In this document: piece by piece, positions 51,683 through 61,944 of the stretch
How the letters are laid out: each line of letters opens with the position of its first letter
How positions within the stretch are numbered: the stretch's first letter is position 1
Assembly (NCBI GenBank): GCA_024401335.1
Contig: JAKSLH010000004.1
Coordinates: forward strand, 37,122 to 101,121
Source of the DNA: Bacteroidales bacterium
Lineage (GTDB): Bacteria > Bacteroidota > Bacteroidia > Bacteroidales > Marinilabiliaceae
Direction: 5' to 3'
Length of the DNA stretch: 64,000 nt
Made by a program: the position numbers and the translations under genes
Notes under the pieces: generated by a model
What the model was told of the DNA's origin: nothing
What the model saw: the letters and a program-made list of their open reading frames with translations, nothing else
The model's database searches: none

Positions 51683-54016
51683 TTGAAACCTAGACATCAA
51701 AAAACAATCATAACAGCAATCATCGTCATAATAACGGCGATGATTGCTCTTCATATATGGGTACCAAGACCTTTATTCAAGAGCAGTACATCCACTATAA
51801 TATACGATAAAAACAACATATTACTAGGAGCAAAGATTGCTACAGACGACCAATGGAGATTTCCACAAACAGATACATTATCAAATAAATATATAGAGTG
51901 TCTCATCAACTACGAAGACCATAGATTCAGATACCATATAGGTATCGACATCATTTCATTGGCAAGGGCTGCATACCACGACATCAAAAAGGGACACATC
52001 GTTGAAGGTGGCAGTACTATAACCATGCAGCTTGCACGCATGGCTAGAGGAAACCAAAGCAGAAACATTATACAGAAAATTGCCGAAGCTTTATGGGCTT
52101 TCGACATAGAATTGTCTTATAGCAAGGATGACATACTGAAGATGTATGCCTCAAACGCTCCATTCGGCGGTAACATAGTAGGCATATCTGCTGCATCATG
52201 GAGATATTTCGGAAGAGAAGCTACCGAACTATCATGGGCAGAATGTGCTACATTGGCCGTATTGCCCAATTCACCATCACTGATACACGTCGGACGTAAC
52301 AGGAATGCTCTGAAAGAAAAAAGAGACAACTTACTGAAAACTATATATGAAAAAAATATAATAAGTGAGCAAGAATACAACCTTGCCATTGATGAACAGT
52401 TACCTGATATACCATACTCTATACCCAACATTGCGCCACAACTGCTTGCTAGCATCTCACAAACAAACGAGGGTGAAACTGTAAAGACAACAATTGATTA
52501 TCATATCCAGACGCTTGTTCAACAAATGGCTGACAGATACTCTCTACGCTATAAAGCTAATTACATTGATGACATAGCTGTATTGGTGGCAGATGTGGAA
52601 ACTGGCAACGTGATAGCATACGTAGGTAACAGCAGACAACCTTCAGCTACTATGCTTGTGGACAACATAAAGAGCGAAAGAAGCACTGGAAGCGTCTTAA
52701 AACCTATACTTTATGCTGCAATGATGAGCGATGGCGAAACAACACCAAGAATGCTTTTTGCTGACACACCATTAAACATCAATGGCTTTACACCACAAAA
52801 TTTCAGCAAAACGTTTTATGGTGCTGTTCATGCTGACGAAGCTGTCACACGCTCATTAAACGTACCTCTGGTAAGAATGCTGTCACAATACAATACGGGA
52901 CGATTCATGGCTGTACTCAAAAGTCTTGGAATGACAACTCTACACTATAGCGAAGATCACTACGGAGCTGCCATCATTTTGGGAGGAGCTGAGGGTACAT
53001 TATGGGACATCGTCGGAATGTATGCGTCATTATCACGACGACTGAACAGATTCACTGCTAACGGCAACAAATATAGTAGTGACGATATTCATCCGTTACA
53101 ACTAACTGACAAGAAAAGAAACGAAAACAAACTGGAAAACAAGGCCACTATATCAGCTTCATCTATATGGCATGCCTACAAAGCCATGAGTGCTCTAAAT
53201 AGACCTGAAGAAGAGGCCGACTGGCAAATGTTCAGTTCTATGAAGCAAGTAGCATGGAAAACAGGAACAAGCTGGGGCTCAAGAGACGCTTGGGCTATCG
53301 GCACAACAACAAAATACGTAGTTGGCGTATGGGTCGGAAACTCTAGTGGCGAAGGCCGATCTGGAATGACAGGCGTTGGATATGCAGCACCTCTTATGTT
53401 TGACGTGTTCTCGATTCTAGACAACAGCGAATGGTTCAAGGAACCGTTAGACGACATGGAAGAGATGGTGATTTGCAGAGAGAGCGGATGTATTGCTTCG
53501 CAAACATGCGATAAGATCGACACTGTGCTTATCCCACGTCAATGTACTGACACTAAAGTTTGCTCTTTCTGCCGTCTTGTACATCTGTCGACCGACAAAC
53601 GATGGCAAGTAAATAGCACTTGCGAAAACACTTCAAACATAATAACCGAATCACGATTCATATTGCCAACGGCACAGGAATACTACTACAAAAGCCACAA
53701 TTCATCTTACCAGCCTCTTCCTCCTATGCGCAATGACTGCCGCACTGAATCAAAGGATCATTTTGCTATCATATACCCTGAACACGGCACATCAATAGCT
53801 CTGCCAAGAGGATTTGACGGAGAACTGGAACAAGTGGTACTTAAAGCTGTATGTAGAGACCCCAAAGCAACTCTCTACTGGCACATGGACGACATCTTTT
53901 TAGGCGAGACATCTGGCATACACGAAATAGCGACGAAGCCTCAGGCTGGCACTCACACGTTGACTATAATAGACAACAACGGGAACCGGAAGACTATCAT
54001 TTTCGATGTAAAATAA
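51683..54016 (+). CDS. pbpC: penicillin-binding protein 1C (glycosyltransferase + transpeptidase + PBP1C C-terminal domain)
   Basis: GT51 motifs EDHRFRYHIGID and GGSTITMQLAR. TPase motifs STGSVLKP (SxxK) and KTGTS. The TTG start at 51683 is the only canonical start that retains the N-terminal TM anchor (KTIITAIIVIITAMIAL). Confidence 0.88.
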   Translation: MKPRHQKTIITAIIVIITAMIALHIWVPRPLFKSSTSTIIYDKNNILLGAKIATDDQWRFPQTDTLSNKYIECLINYEDHRFRYHIGIDIISLARAAYHDIKKGHIVEGGSTITMQLARMARGNQSRNIIQKIAEALWAFDIELSYSKDDILKMYASNAPFGGNIVGISAASWRYFGREATELSWAECATLAVLPNSPSLIHVGRNRNALKEKRDNLLKTIYEKNIISEQEYNLAIDEQLPDIPYSIPNIAPQLLASISQTNEGETVKTTIDYHIQTLVQQMADRYSLRYKANYIDDIAVLVADVETGNVIAYVGNSRQPSATMLVDNIKSERSTGSVLKPILYAAMMSDGETTPRMLFADTPLNINGFTPQNFSKTFYGAVHADEAVTRSLNVPLVRMLSQYNTGRFMAVLKSLGMTTLHYSEDHYGAAIILGGAEGTLWDIVGMYASLSRRLNRFTANGNKYSSDDIHPLQLTDKKRNENKLENKATISASSIWHAYKAMSALNRPEEEADWQMFSSMKQVAWKTGTSWGSRDAWAIGTTTKYVVGVWVGNSSGEGRSGMTGVGYAAPLMFDVFSILDNSEWFKEPLDDMEEMVICRESGCIASQTCDKIDTVLIPRQCTDTKVCSFCRLVHLSTDKRWQVNSTCENTSNIITESRFILPTAQEYYYKSHNSSYQPLPPMRNDCRTESKDHFAIIYPEHGTSIALPRGFDGELEQVVLKAVCRDPKATLYWHMDDIFLGETSGIHEIATKPQAGTHTLTIIDNNGNRKTIIFDVK

Positions 54017-54081
54017 AGCGACAACATTTACGTTGACAAAAAAAACAGTAAATTTGAGAATATATATACAAATCAAGACAA

Positions 54082-57000
54082 ATGAAGAAGACAGCATTAA
54101 TAGCAGTAGGAGTATTGGGTATAATAGCAGTTCTCCTATCTATCGTATTGAGCAAATGGAACTCTAATACATCATTCGTAGAACCTGTTTATAATGAGCA
54201 TGTTGCCGCCTATACCAGCGGCATAATTTCAAGAAAATCAAACGTATATATCATCTTTTCTCAAGACCTGTCTCAAGGAAGGATCGACAGTCTCAAAGCA
54301 GAACAGGTAATGACCATATCCCCTAAAGTGGAGGGTAAATATTACTTCTCTGATACCCACACGCTTGTATTCACTCCAACTAAAGAGATGGAACGCAATA
54401 CTGTATATACAGTTGAAGTGGATATTAAGAGTATATTTCACGAAGGAGAAAAGTTCACATACAGCTATACAACCAAACCATTTGCTGTCAACGGATGCCT
54501 CACTGCATTTGACGTGACGGACGATGACCAATACGAACTGACATTTGCCTTTAATACTGCCGACATAGAGTCTGCAGCAACAGTGGAAAAACATATTGGA
54601 CTTTCTGCTGAATGCACTAACACCTGGAGTCATCCTGCAGATGGCAAAACACATATACTCAAGGCTTTACTCAAAGGTGGCAAAGAGCAGACACTAGCGG
54701 TGACAACTAAAGCTGACAAAGAACTTAATCTCGAAGAGAACACCATCATTAGTACTGTTATTCCTTCATCGGAAACATTGTCTGTATTTGAGGTTAAATA
54801 CAAATCAGGAGACTCGAAGTATATCGAAGTGACATTCAACAAGAATCTTGACCCTAAGCAGAAGATGCGGGGCCTGGCCTATATCATGGGCAATCAATCA
54901 GAAGCTGTCGACATGGTTGAAGGCAATAAGCTGAAGCTCTATCCTGACGCTAACGCTCATGATGAAATAAGCGTTTTCATATCTAAAGCTATAAAGAGCA
55001 GAAGCGGACTGACGCTTAACGATGACAAGATATTCATGGTAACTGTAAAGGAAGCTAAACCAGAAGTGAGATTCGTTGGCAACGGCACAATAATACCACA
55101 GTCGGACAAGATACTTGTGCCATTTCAAGCTATATACATGAAAGGCATCAGGGTGAAGGTTTTCAAAATCTTCAGCAATATGATTGGCACAATGCTACAG
55201 AAAGGGGATATCGACAGCTACAACGAACTGAAGTATGCTGCTCGCCCAATAGCTGCTACTACATTCTACCTAGATGAATATGGCTATGATCTAAGCCAGT
55301 TCCATACATACGCCATCGATCTGACCGACCGCGTACAGCTGGAGCCTGGTGCTATGTACAGAATAGAGATGAGCCTTGATGCACGTCTCTCTGCTTGGGA
55401 GAGTGACTCACTGCCAACTACGACGAAAGAAGAGATGGAGGCAGAAGACCGACTGATGCTTACCCAGATATGCAACGAATTCGACAGAGGTGGATGGTAT
55501 TATACCGGTCAGACATACGACAATGGTGACTACGACTGGTGGATCGACAACTTCTATGAACTTAAGAAAGACCCAGCATCAAAGTATTTTTACTCCGATA
55601 AAGCTATCGGGAAGAACGTGCTTGCTACAAACATTGGCCTTACTGCAATAAAGGGCACCGACAACATATTACGCGTGACAGCTCTCGACATCCCTGAAGC
55701 GAAACCTATAGGTGGCGTAAATATCGAGGTTTATAGCATGCAGCAGCAACTTATAGGTAAGGGGAACACTAATGGAGACGGCATAGCTGAGATTACTATC
55801 GACGAAAAACTGGGCCAACCATTATACATAATGGCAACCAAAGGCTCCGATGTTTCCTATCTGAGAGTGAAACGTGGCGAAGAACTATCTACTAGCTCGT
55901 TTGACGTGTCGGGCGATATCATTCAAAACGGACTTAAGGGTTACATATATGGCGATCGTGGTGTATGGCGCCCTGGCGACACACTGCATATCTCTTTCAT
56001 GCTCAACGACAAGAACAAGTCATTGCCTCAAGATCACCCTGTGACACTACAGGTAACTAATCCTCTCGGACAATTATATCAGAAGCTGACAAAGACCGCC
56101 GGAGTGATGGGTACGTATGCATTCAACATCCCTATAGACAATGACGCGCCTACCGGAAGCTGGACAGCTCAGGTCAACATTGGTAATGTATCGTTCAGCA
56201 AGAGTCTTAGAATTGAGACTATCAAACCTAACCGCCTTAAGATTGACCTCGACCTTCCTAAGGTTATCAATGGCTACACACCGGCTAAGCTGCATACAGA
56301 GTGGCTTCATGGCGGTGTCGCAAGCCGATTAAAGTACGATATATCAACGACCATCGTAGAGACTAAGACTGGATGGAGTTCACTCAAAGGATATGTATTC
56401 GACAACATCACCAAGTCATACGAAACAAGCGAGCAGGAACTTGCCAAAGGTGAAGTGGGCGACAACGGCAACGCGACATTTACTCTTAATCCTCAAGTCA
56501 GCAACACTGCACCTGGTATGCTGAAGTGTAATGTCGTAACTCATGTATATGAACCATCCGGAGAATTCAGCTCCGATGTAATGCAGACTCTTGTTTCACC
56601 TTACTCTCGCTATATAGGAATCAAGTCGCCTCTCAAAAACGACGAAGCATATCTTGAAACGGAAAAGAAACACTCCTTTGATGTCATCAGTGTTGACAAA
56701 GACGGGAATACTGTGGGCGATGTGAATATGGAGGCTAAAATCTTCAAAGTTGAATGGTACTGGTGGTGGAGATCCAACAAGGAAGAGATGGCCGGATATA
56801 CATCGTCACGCTACCACACACCATACAAGACTCTCAAGTTACAGACCGGTGCCGACGGAAAGGGCCACTTTGAAATGCAGATTGACGAAGAGGACTGGGG
56901 TACTTATCTCATTGAGGTGAGAGACCTCAACGGTGAGCATTCTACTGCAATATTGAGCTATTTCGACTGGCCTGGCATGACACGACGTAACGAGAGCGGA

Positions 57001-59553
57001 TCTGAAGCGGCCACAATGCTTACTATAACTACCGACAAGAATGAGTATAAACCTGGTGACAAGATGCACATCTCAATCCCATCGTCGCAAGGTAGCAGAG
57101 CTATAGTAAGTGTCAGCAATGGCTCTAAGACTCTTGTCTTCAACAACTACGAATGTAAACAGGGCAACACAGAAATATGCCTTGACGTGACAGAGGAGAT
57201 GATGCCTAACGTATTTGTTGGCGTGTCACTTGTACAGCAATATGGCAAAAACATCAACGACATGCCTATACGCATGTATGGCTTCGTTCCTGTCACTGTG
57301 ACATCAGAGAAGAGTCGTCTGAATCCTATAATCAACTGCAATGACGAGATAAGACCAGAAGCGAAGTGCACTGTGACTGTCGGTGAAAAAGACGGACGAC
57401 CTATGGCCTATACTTTGGCAATTGTCGACGAGGGTCTTCTTGATCTCACACATTTCAAGACTCCTAACGCTTGGGATGCTTTCAATGCTCGCGAAGCTAT
57501 GGGCATTCGCATGTGGGACCTCTACGGACATATAAACGGTGCTTATGGTGGACGTATTGAACAGATGTTCAGTATCGGTGGCGACGAAGCACTCAACAAT
57601 GGTCCTAAGGCTATTGTGAACCGCTTTACACCAATGGTATATTTCTCTGGTCCTTATATGCTTAAGAAAGGTCAGAAAAACAGCCACAATATCAATGTTC
57701 CTAACTACAACGGACGTGTAAGGGTTATGGTTGTAGCTGGTGATGGCGAAGCTTATGGTAACGCAGAAAAATCGGTGCTCGTACGACGTCCACTGATGCT
57801 CATAGGAACTATGCCTCGTCAAATAGGCGCCAATGACGAAATGACTGTTTCCGCAACTGTGTTTGCATCTAAAAAACTTGGCAACGTAACAGTCGGGATC
57901 AAGGCTTCTAACGGACTTGAAATAATAGGAAACAATACTAGCAATGTGACATTTAATGAGGCTGGCGACCAGACTATAATGTTCAAGGTGAGAGCTGGCA
58001 AGTGCAATGGCTTAGGCAACGTGACAATTACCGCCGAGAGCAGCGACGACAAAATCGACTATTCTGCCAACATCGAAATTCGCTCTGTGAGCCAGAAGAT
58101 TAGCAAATCAACTCTCGAAAAGATTGATGCTGGCAAAGAATGGAACGGCAAGGTGACTATGCCTGGCGACGGCGATTACAACATAAAGATAGAGGCTTCG
58201 TCCAACAAGCCTCTCAACATCGCTAGCCGACTGGCTTCACTCATCGGATATCCACATGGTTGTGTCGAACAGACGACATCTAAGGTATTCCCACAGCTTT
58301 ATCTCAATGACTTCACCGAACTAACTGAAGCTCAACAGTCAAAGATCGAAAACAATATCAAGGCCGGAATCGACCGTCTGCGTTCATTCCAGACCTCAGA
58401 AGGTGGCATGGCTTATTGGCAAGGTAGCAACGTATCCAACGTATGGGCTTCTGCCTATGTGATGCATTTCCTTACCGAAGCTTCTGCCAAGGGCTACTAC
58501 GTTCCTGAAGAAATGTTCAAACGCCTGAAGAACTATGTGAGCGGCATCGCTAAAAACTGGCGAACAAGTGCATATCACCAGGAGATAACTGATGCATGCT
58601 ACTGTATCTATGTACTCGCTAACGCCCAGGCGACAGAACTGGGTGCTATGAATAGAATGAAGGAACAGATCGCCAACCTGAATAAAGTTGACCTCTATAT
58701 GCTTTCGGCTTCCTATGCTCTTGCCGGTCGCAATGAGATAGCGAAGGAGTTGCTTGCAAATAGCGGCAACAACGAATACTATTCTTGGTTCTCTGCCGAC
58801 ATCATGAAACTCATAGCACAGACCACATGTGACGACAGCGGCGCTGCTGATGTTTCTGAGGTAATACGCAAACGACTGATGAGCGACAACTGGATGTCAA
58901 CTAGCGAGACGTCTTATTCACTCGTTGCGATGTCAAAATACTACAAGAAGAATGCTGCATCTGAGGGATTGAAGTTCTCTGCAAGTATCGACGGCAAGCA
59001 GATATCCAACGTCAACAGCAGCAAATACTCTTGGACAACCGATATCGAGCAAAGCAGCAACTCTGCAACTGTATCGATAAAGAACAAGGGCAACGCTGTA
59101 ATGTACGCAAATATAACGGCCGAAGGTATAGCTACTCAAAGTCATGTTGACTCAAACAACAATGGCTTAGAGATAGGAGTAAGATATGCCAACATCGATG
59201 GTAGCGCCCTTAACGTGACTGAATTGCCACAGAGCACCACTTTCAAGGCTTATGTCACAATACGCAACACATCGGGCAAGAAACTCGAACACGTTGCCAT
59301 AACTCATATCTTGCCTGCTGGATGGGAGATTTTGTCGTTCGACCAGTCTAACAATGTCGACTTCTTCGATCAACGCGACGACCGTATGCTTTCTTACAAG
59401 GATAAGATGGACAACGGACAGACTATCACAATTGCGATGAACATATCTGCCACCTACGCCGGACGTTACTACATGCCGGCAATAACTGCCGAAGCAATGT
59501 ACGACGCTACAATATCTGGCTGCAACGAAAGCGGCGAATGTATAGTGAAATAA
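54082..59553 (+). CDS. bacterial alpha-2-macroglobulin family protein with thioester
   Basis: 1823 aa. CxEQ thioester motif GCVEQ (Cys codon at 58261-58263). Long MG-domain beta-rich N-terminal two thirds. N-terminal TM anchor. Adjacent to pbpC. Confidence 0.9.
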   Translation: MKKTALIAVGVLGIIAVLLSIVLSKWNSNTSFVEPVYNEHVAAYTSGIISRKSNVYIIFSQDLSQGRIDSLKAEQVMTISPKVEGKYYFSDTHTLVFTPTKEMERNTVYTVEVDIKSIFHEGEKFTYSYTTKPFAVNGCLTAFDVTDDDQYELTFAFNTADIESAATVEKHIGLSAECTNTWSHPADGKTHILKALLKGGKEQTLAVTTKADKELNLEENTIISTVIPSSETLSVFEVKYKSGDSKYIEVTFNKNLDPKQKMRGLAYIMGNQSEAVDMVEGNKLKLYPDANAHDEISVFISKAIKSRSGLTLNDDKIFMVTVKEAKPEVRFVGNGTIIPQSDKILVPFQAIYMKGIRVKVFKIFSNMIGTMLQKGDIDSYNELKYAARPIAATTFYLDEYGYDLSQFHTYAIDLTDRVQLEPGAMYRIEMSLDARLSAWESDSLPTTTKEEMEAEDRLMLTQICNEFDRGGWYYTGQTYDNGDYDWWIDNFYELKKDPASKYFYSDKAIGKNVLATNIGLTAIKGTDNILRVTALDIPEAKPIGGVNIEVYSMQQQLIGKGNTNGDGIAEITIDEKLGQPLYIMATKGSDVSYLRVKRGEELSTSSFDVSGDIIQNGLKGYIYGDRGVWRPGDTLHISFMLNDKNKSLPQDHPVTLQVTNPLGQLYQKLTKTAGVMGTYAFNIPIDNDAPTGSWTAQVNIGNVSFSKSLRIETIKPNRLKIDLDLPKVINGYTPAKLHTEWLHGGVASRLKYDISTTIVETKTGWSSLKGYVFDNITKSYETSEQELAKGEVGDNGNATFTLNPQVSNTAPGMLKCNVVTHVYEPSGEFSSDVMQTLVSPYSRYIGIKSPLKNDEAYLETEKKHSFDVISVDKDGNTVGDVNMEAKIFKVEWYWWWRSNKEEMAGYTSSRYHTPYKTLKLQTGADGKGHFEMQIDEEDWGTYLIEVRDLNGEHSTAILSYFDWPGMTRRNESGSEAATMLTITTDKNEYKPGDKMHISIPSSQGSRAIVSVSNGSKTLVFNNYECKQGNTEICLDVTEEMMPNVFVGVSLVQQYGKNINDMPIRMYGFVPVTVTSEKSRLNPIINCNDEIRPEAKCTVTVGEKDGRPMAYTLAIVDEGLLDLTHFKTPNAWDAFNAREAMGIRMWDLYGHINGAYGGRIEQMFSIGGDEALNNGPKAIVNRFTPMVYFSGPYMLKKGQKNSHNINVPNYNGRVRVMVVAGDGEAYGNAEKSVLVRRPLMLIGTMPRQIGANDEMTVSATVFASKKLGNVTVGIKASNGLEIIGNNTSNVTFNEAGDQTIMFKVRAGKCNGLGNVTITAESSDDKIDYSANIEIRSVSQKISKSTLEKIDAGKEWNGKVTMPGDGDYNIKIEASSNKPLNIASRLASLIGYPHGCVEQTTSKVFPQLYLNDFTELTEAQQSKIENNIKAGIDRLRSFQTSEGGMAYWQGSNVSNVWASAYVMHFLTEASAKGYYVPEEMFKRLKNYVSGIAKNWRTSAYHQEITDACYCIYVLANAQATELGAMNRMKEQIANLNKVDLYMLSASYALAGRNEIAKELLANSGNNEYYSWFSADIMKLIAQTTCDDSGAADVSEVIRKRLMSDNWMSTSETSYSLVAMSKYYKKNAASEGLKFSASIDGKQISNVNSSKYSWTTDIEQSSNSATVSIKNKGNAVMYANITAEGIATQSHVDSNNNGLEIGVRYANIDGSALNVTELPQSTTFKAYVTIRNTSGKKLEHVAITHILPAGWEILSFDQSNNVDFFDQRDDRMLSYKDKMDNGQTITIAMNISATYAGRYYMPAITAEAMYDATISGCNESGECIVK

Positions 59554-59573
59554 ACCCTAAACACACATACTAA

Positions 59574-60374
59574 ATGAATATCATGAATAGATTTGCAGCA
59601 TTGGCCTTGGCCATGTGCACATGCGTCTTGGCTATGGCGCAATACAAGACAGTAAGCGACATCCAGTATTCTGAGGTCAACGAATATGCCAAAGAACGAT
59701 GCAAACTTGATGTATATTATCCTGAGAATATCAAGGATGCTCCTGTCTTGGTTTGGTTCCATGGCGGTGGACTCATCGGAGGCAACAAATACATACCTGA
59801 AGAGATGCTCAACAGCGGTTATGTTGTCGTTGCTGCCAACTACCGTTTCGTGTCAAAGGCCAACATCGACGAAGTGATCGATGACGCAGCCGCTGCCGTT
59901 GCATGGACTTTCAAGAACATAGAGAAATACAATGGTTCCGCTAAGAAGATTTTCATAAGCGGCCACTCTGCTGGCGGATATCTGATCGACATGATTGGCC
60001 TCGACAAACATTGGCTTGCCAAATACGACATCAACGCCGACGACATTGTCGCTCTATTCCCTTTCAGCGGACAATGCGTAACTCACTACGAACTCCGCAA
60101 GCAACAGGGCATCAGCCCATTTCAGGCTACTATCGACAAATATGCGCCACTAACCTACGTCAGACCCGACGCCTCCCCTATCATAATCTTGTCTGGCGAT
60201 AGAGAAATGGAACTTTATGGTCGCTATGAGGAACAGGCTTATTTCTGGCGTATGCTGAAACTTTGCGGACACAAGGATGTCTCTTTGTATGAGATGCAAG
60301 GTTACAACCATGGCGATATGCCCCACCCTGCCTTCCACATATTGAAGGATCACGTTAAACGATTGCTTAAATAA
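59574..60374 (+). CDS. secreted alpha/beta hydrolase (HGGG / GxSxG carboxylesterase type)
   Basis: 266 aa with a signal peptide. VWFHGGGLIGG oxyanion motif, GHSAGG nucleophile elbow and a C-terminal NHGDM His. Confidence 0.75.
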   Translation: MNIMNRFAALALAMCTCVLAMAQYKTVSDIQYSEVNEYAKERCKLDVYYPENIKDAPVLVWFHGGGLIGGNKYIPEEMLNSGYVVVAANYRFVSKANIDEVIDDAAAAVAWTFKNIEKYNGSAKKIFISGHSAGGYLIDMIGLDKHWLAKYDINADDIVALFPFSGQCVTHYELRKQQGISPFQATIDKYAPLTYVRPDASPIIILSGDREMELYGRYEEQAYFWRMLKLCGHKDVSLYEMQGYNHGDMPHPAFHILKDHVKRLLK

Positions 60375-60436
60375 GCACATATAGGATTGTTACTTGACAT
60401 TTCATATTTTTGCATCATAATCAATCTATAATCTAC

Positions 60437-61720
60437 ATGAACAGAGTATCATTATTGCGCAATTGCGCTATTATCTTCAGTTCACTGACTATTGGGCTCA
60501 ACGCTACAGCGCAAACAGCGTTCGAAGAGCTAAAGGAAAACCCACAAAAAGCCGGCGGTGTCTACTACGCCTATCCTGGTCCTACCTCTACCCTCACAGA
60601 CGTGCCTGAAGGTTATGAGCCTTTCTACATCAGCCACTACGGCCGACATGGATCTCGATACCTTCTAAACGACAACGACTATAAGAGGGTTCTCGACATA
60701 CTGCGCAAAGCCGACGAGATGAATGTCTTGACTGAAACTGGCAAAAGTGCTCTGTCAAGAATGGAAGAGATATGGAAAGAGGCTGAATTCCACGGCGATG
60801 AATTGGCCCCACTGGGCAAACGCCAACATCGCGGCATAGCAGAAAGAATGTACAGCAATTACCCACAGGTTTTCAAAGGCAACTCACACATCACTGCGCG
60901 TTCGACTACCTCTATGCGAGTAGCTATTAGCATGATGGCTTTCTGCGAACGCCTCAAGGAGCTCAACTCTCAACTTGACATAGACTGGGAAACTAGCCGC
61001 AAGAACATGTCTTATTTGAATTATCACACCAAGCGCTACGAAGACCTCAAACGCGACCGCAACGGTTGGACAAAGAAACATGGAGAGTTCTGTTCGCGTG
61101 GAATAAACCCTGACCGATTCACGTCACAACTTGTAACAGATACGGCTTTCTTCCGACAGGCAAAGGTACATCCGTCTATGTTGATGAGCGGAATGTTCGA
61201 AATAGCTATCGACCTGCAAGATATGGAAACTGAAGTCTCTCTCTTCGACCTCTATACTCCTGAGGAGATCTTCGAATGCTGGAGAAACGGCAACAGCTGG
61301 TTCTACCATTGCGACGCAGATAGCCCTCACAACCAAGGCACAGCTATCGAAAGCACTCGCAATCTCCTTGCTAACTTTGTCGAAAGAGCCGACCTTGCTA
61401 TCGAAGGCAAAGGCGAATCTGCTACTCTGCGCTTCGGACATGACGGCAACATAATACCACTTGCCGCTATAATGCAGCTCAAAGATTGCGACGCTAGAGA
61501 AGAGGATATCCATAGCGTCGATAAGGTATGGCACAACTACTACGTGTCACCTATGGCTGCCAACATACAGCTAATCTTCTTCAAAAACGCTAAAGGTGAT
61601 GTCATACTCAAATTCTTGCACAACGAAAACGAGACTTCAATACCTGTCAAGACCGATATGTTCCCCTACTATCACTGGAACGATGTGAGGGCGTTCTTCA
61701 TGTCAAAGCTCGATAAGTAA
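60437..61720 (+). CDS. histidine acid phosphatase (branch 2), MINPP/phytase-like, secreted
   Basis: RHGSRY catalytic motif (HYGRHGSRYL) and a downstream HD (RFGHDGNI). Signal peptide begins at the ATG at 60437. Size is similar to Bacteroides MINPP. Confidence 0.75.
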   Translation: MNRVSLLRNCAIIFSSLTIGLNATAQTAFEELKENPQKAGGVYYAYPGPTSTLTDVPEGYEPFYISHYGRHGSRYLLNDNDYKRVLDILRKADEMNVLTETGKSALSRMEEIWKEAEFHGDELAPLGKRQHRGIAERMYSNYPQVFKGNSHITARSTTSMRVAISMMAFCERLKELNSQLDIDWETSRKNMSYLNYHTKRYEDLKRDRNGWTKKHGEFCSRGINPDRFTSQLVTDTAFFRQAKVHPSMLMSGMFEIAIDLQDMETEVSLFDLYTPEEIFECWRNGNSWFYHCDADSPHNQGTAIESTRNLLANFVERADLAIEGKGESATLRFGHDGNIIPLAAIMQLKDCDAREEDIHSVDKVWHNYYVSPMAANIQLIFFKNAKGDVILKFLHNENETSIPVKTDMFPYYHWNDVRAFFMSKLDK

Positions 61721-61745
61721 TAAACTCACAAACATATCTTTCCCC

Positions 61746-61777
61746 AAGCCGGCGTCAACAGATTGCCGGCTTTTTTA
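61746..61777 (+). terminator. intrinsic terminator ending the MCP...MINPP unit
   Basis: Stem AAGCCGGC / GCCGGCTT followed by TTTTTATTT. Confidence 0.8.
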
Positions 61778-61814
61778 TTTGCCACCTGTTTTATTCACCT
61801 GCAATATCCTCTCC

Positions 61815-61858
61815 ATAGGATAACGATAGGAAAGCGATAGGATAACGATAGGATAAAA
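61815..61858. repeat. four tandem 11-bp repeats ATAGGAWARMR
   Basis: ATAGGATAACG / ATAGGAAAGCG / ATAGGATAACG / ATAGGATAAAA, head to tail. A perfect 10-bp palindrome ATCTATAGAT follows at 61871-61880. Confidence 0.9.
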
Positions 61859-61944
61859 ACTCTTTCTACGATCTATAGATTGTAACTCTATTAGCGACTC
61901 TGCCTTTAACAACCTCAAATCATCAAAGGATAACCTGATTCAAG

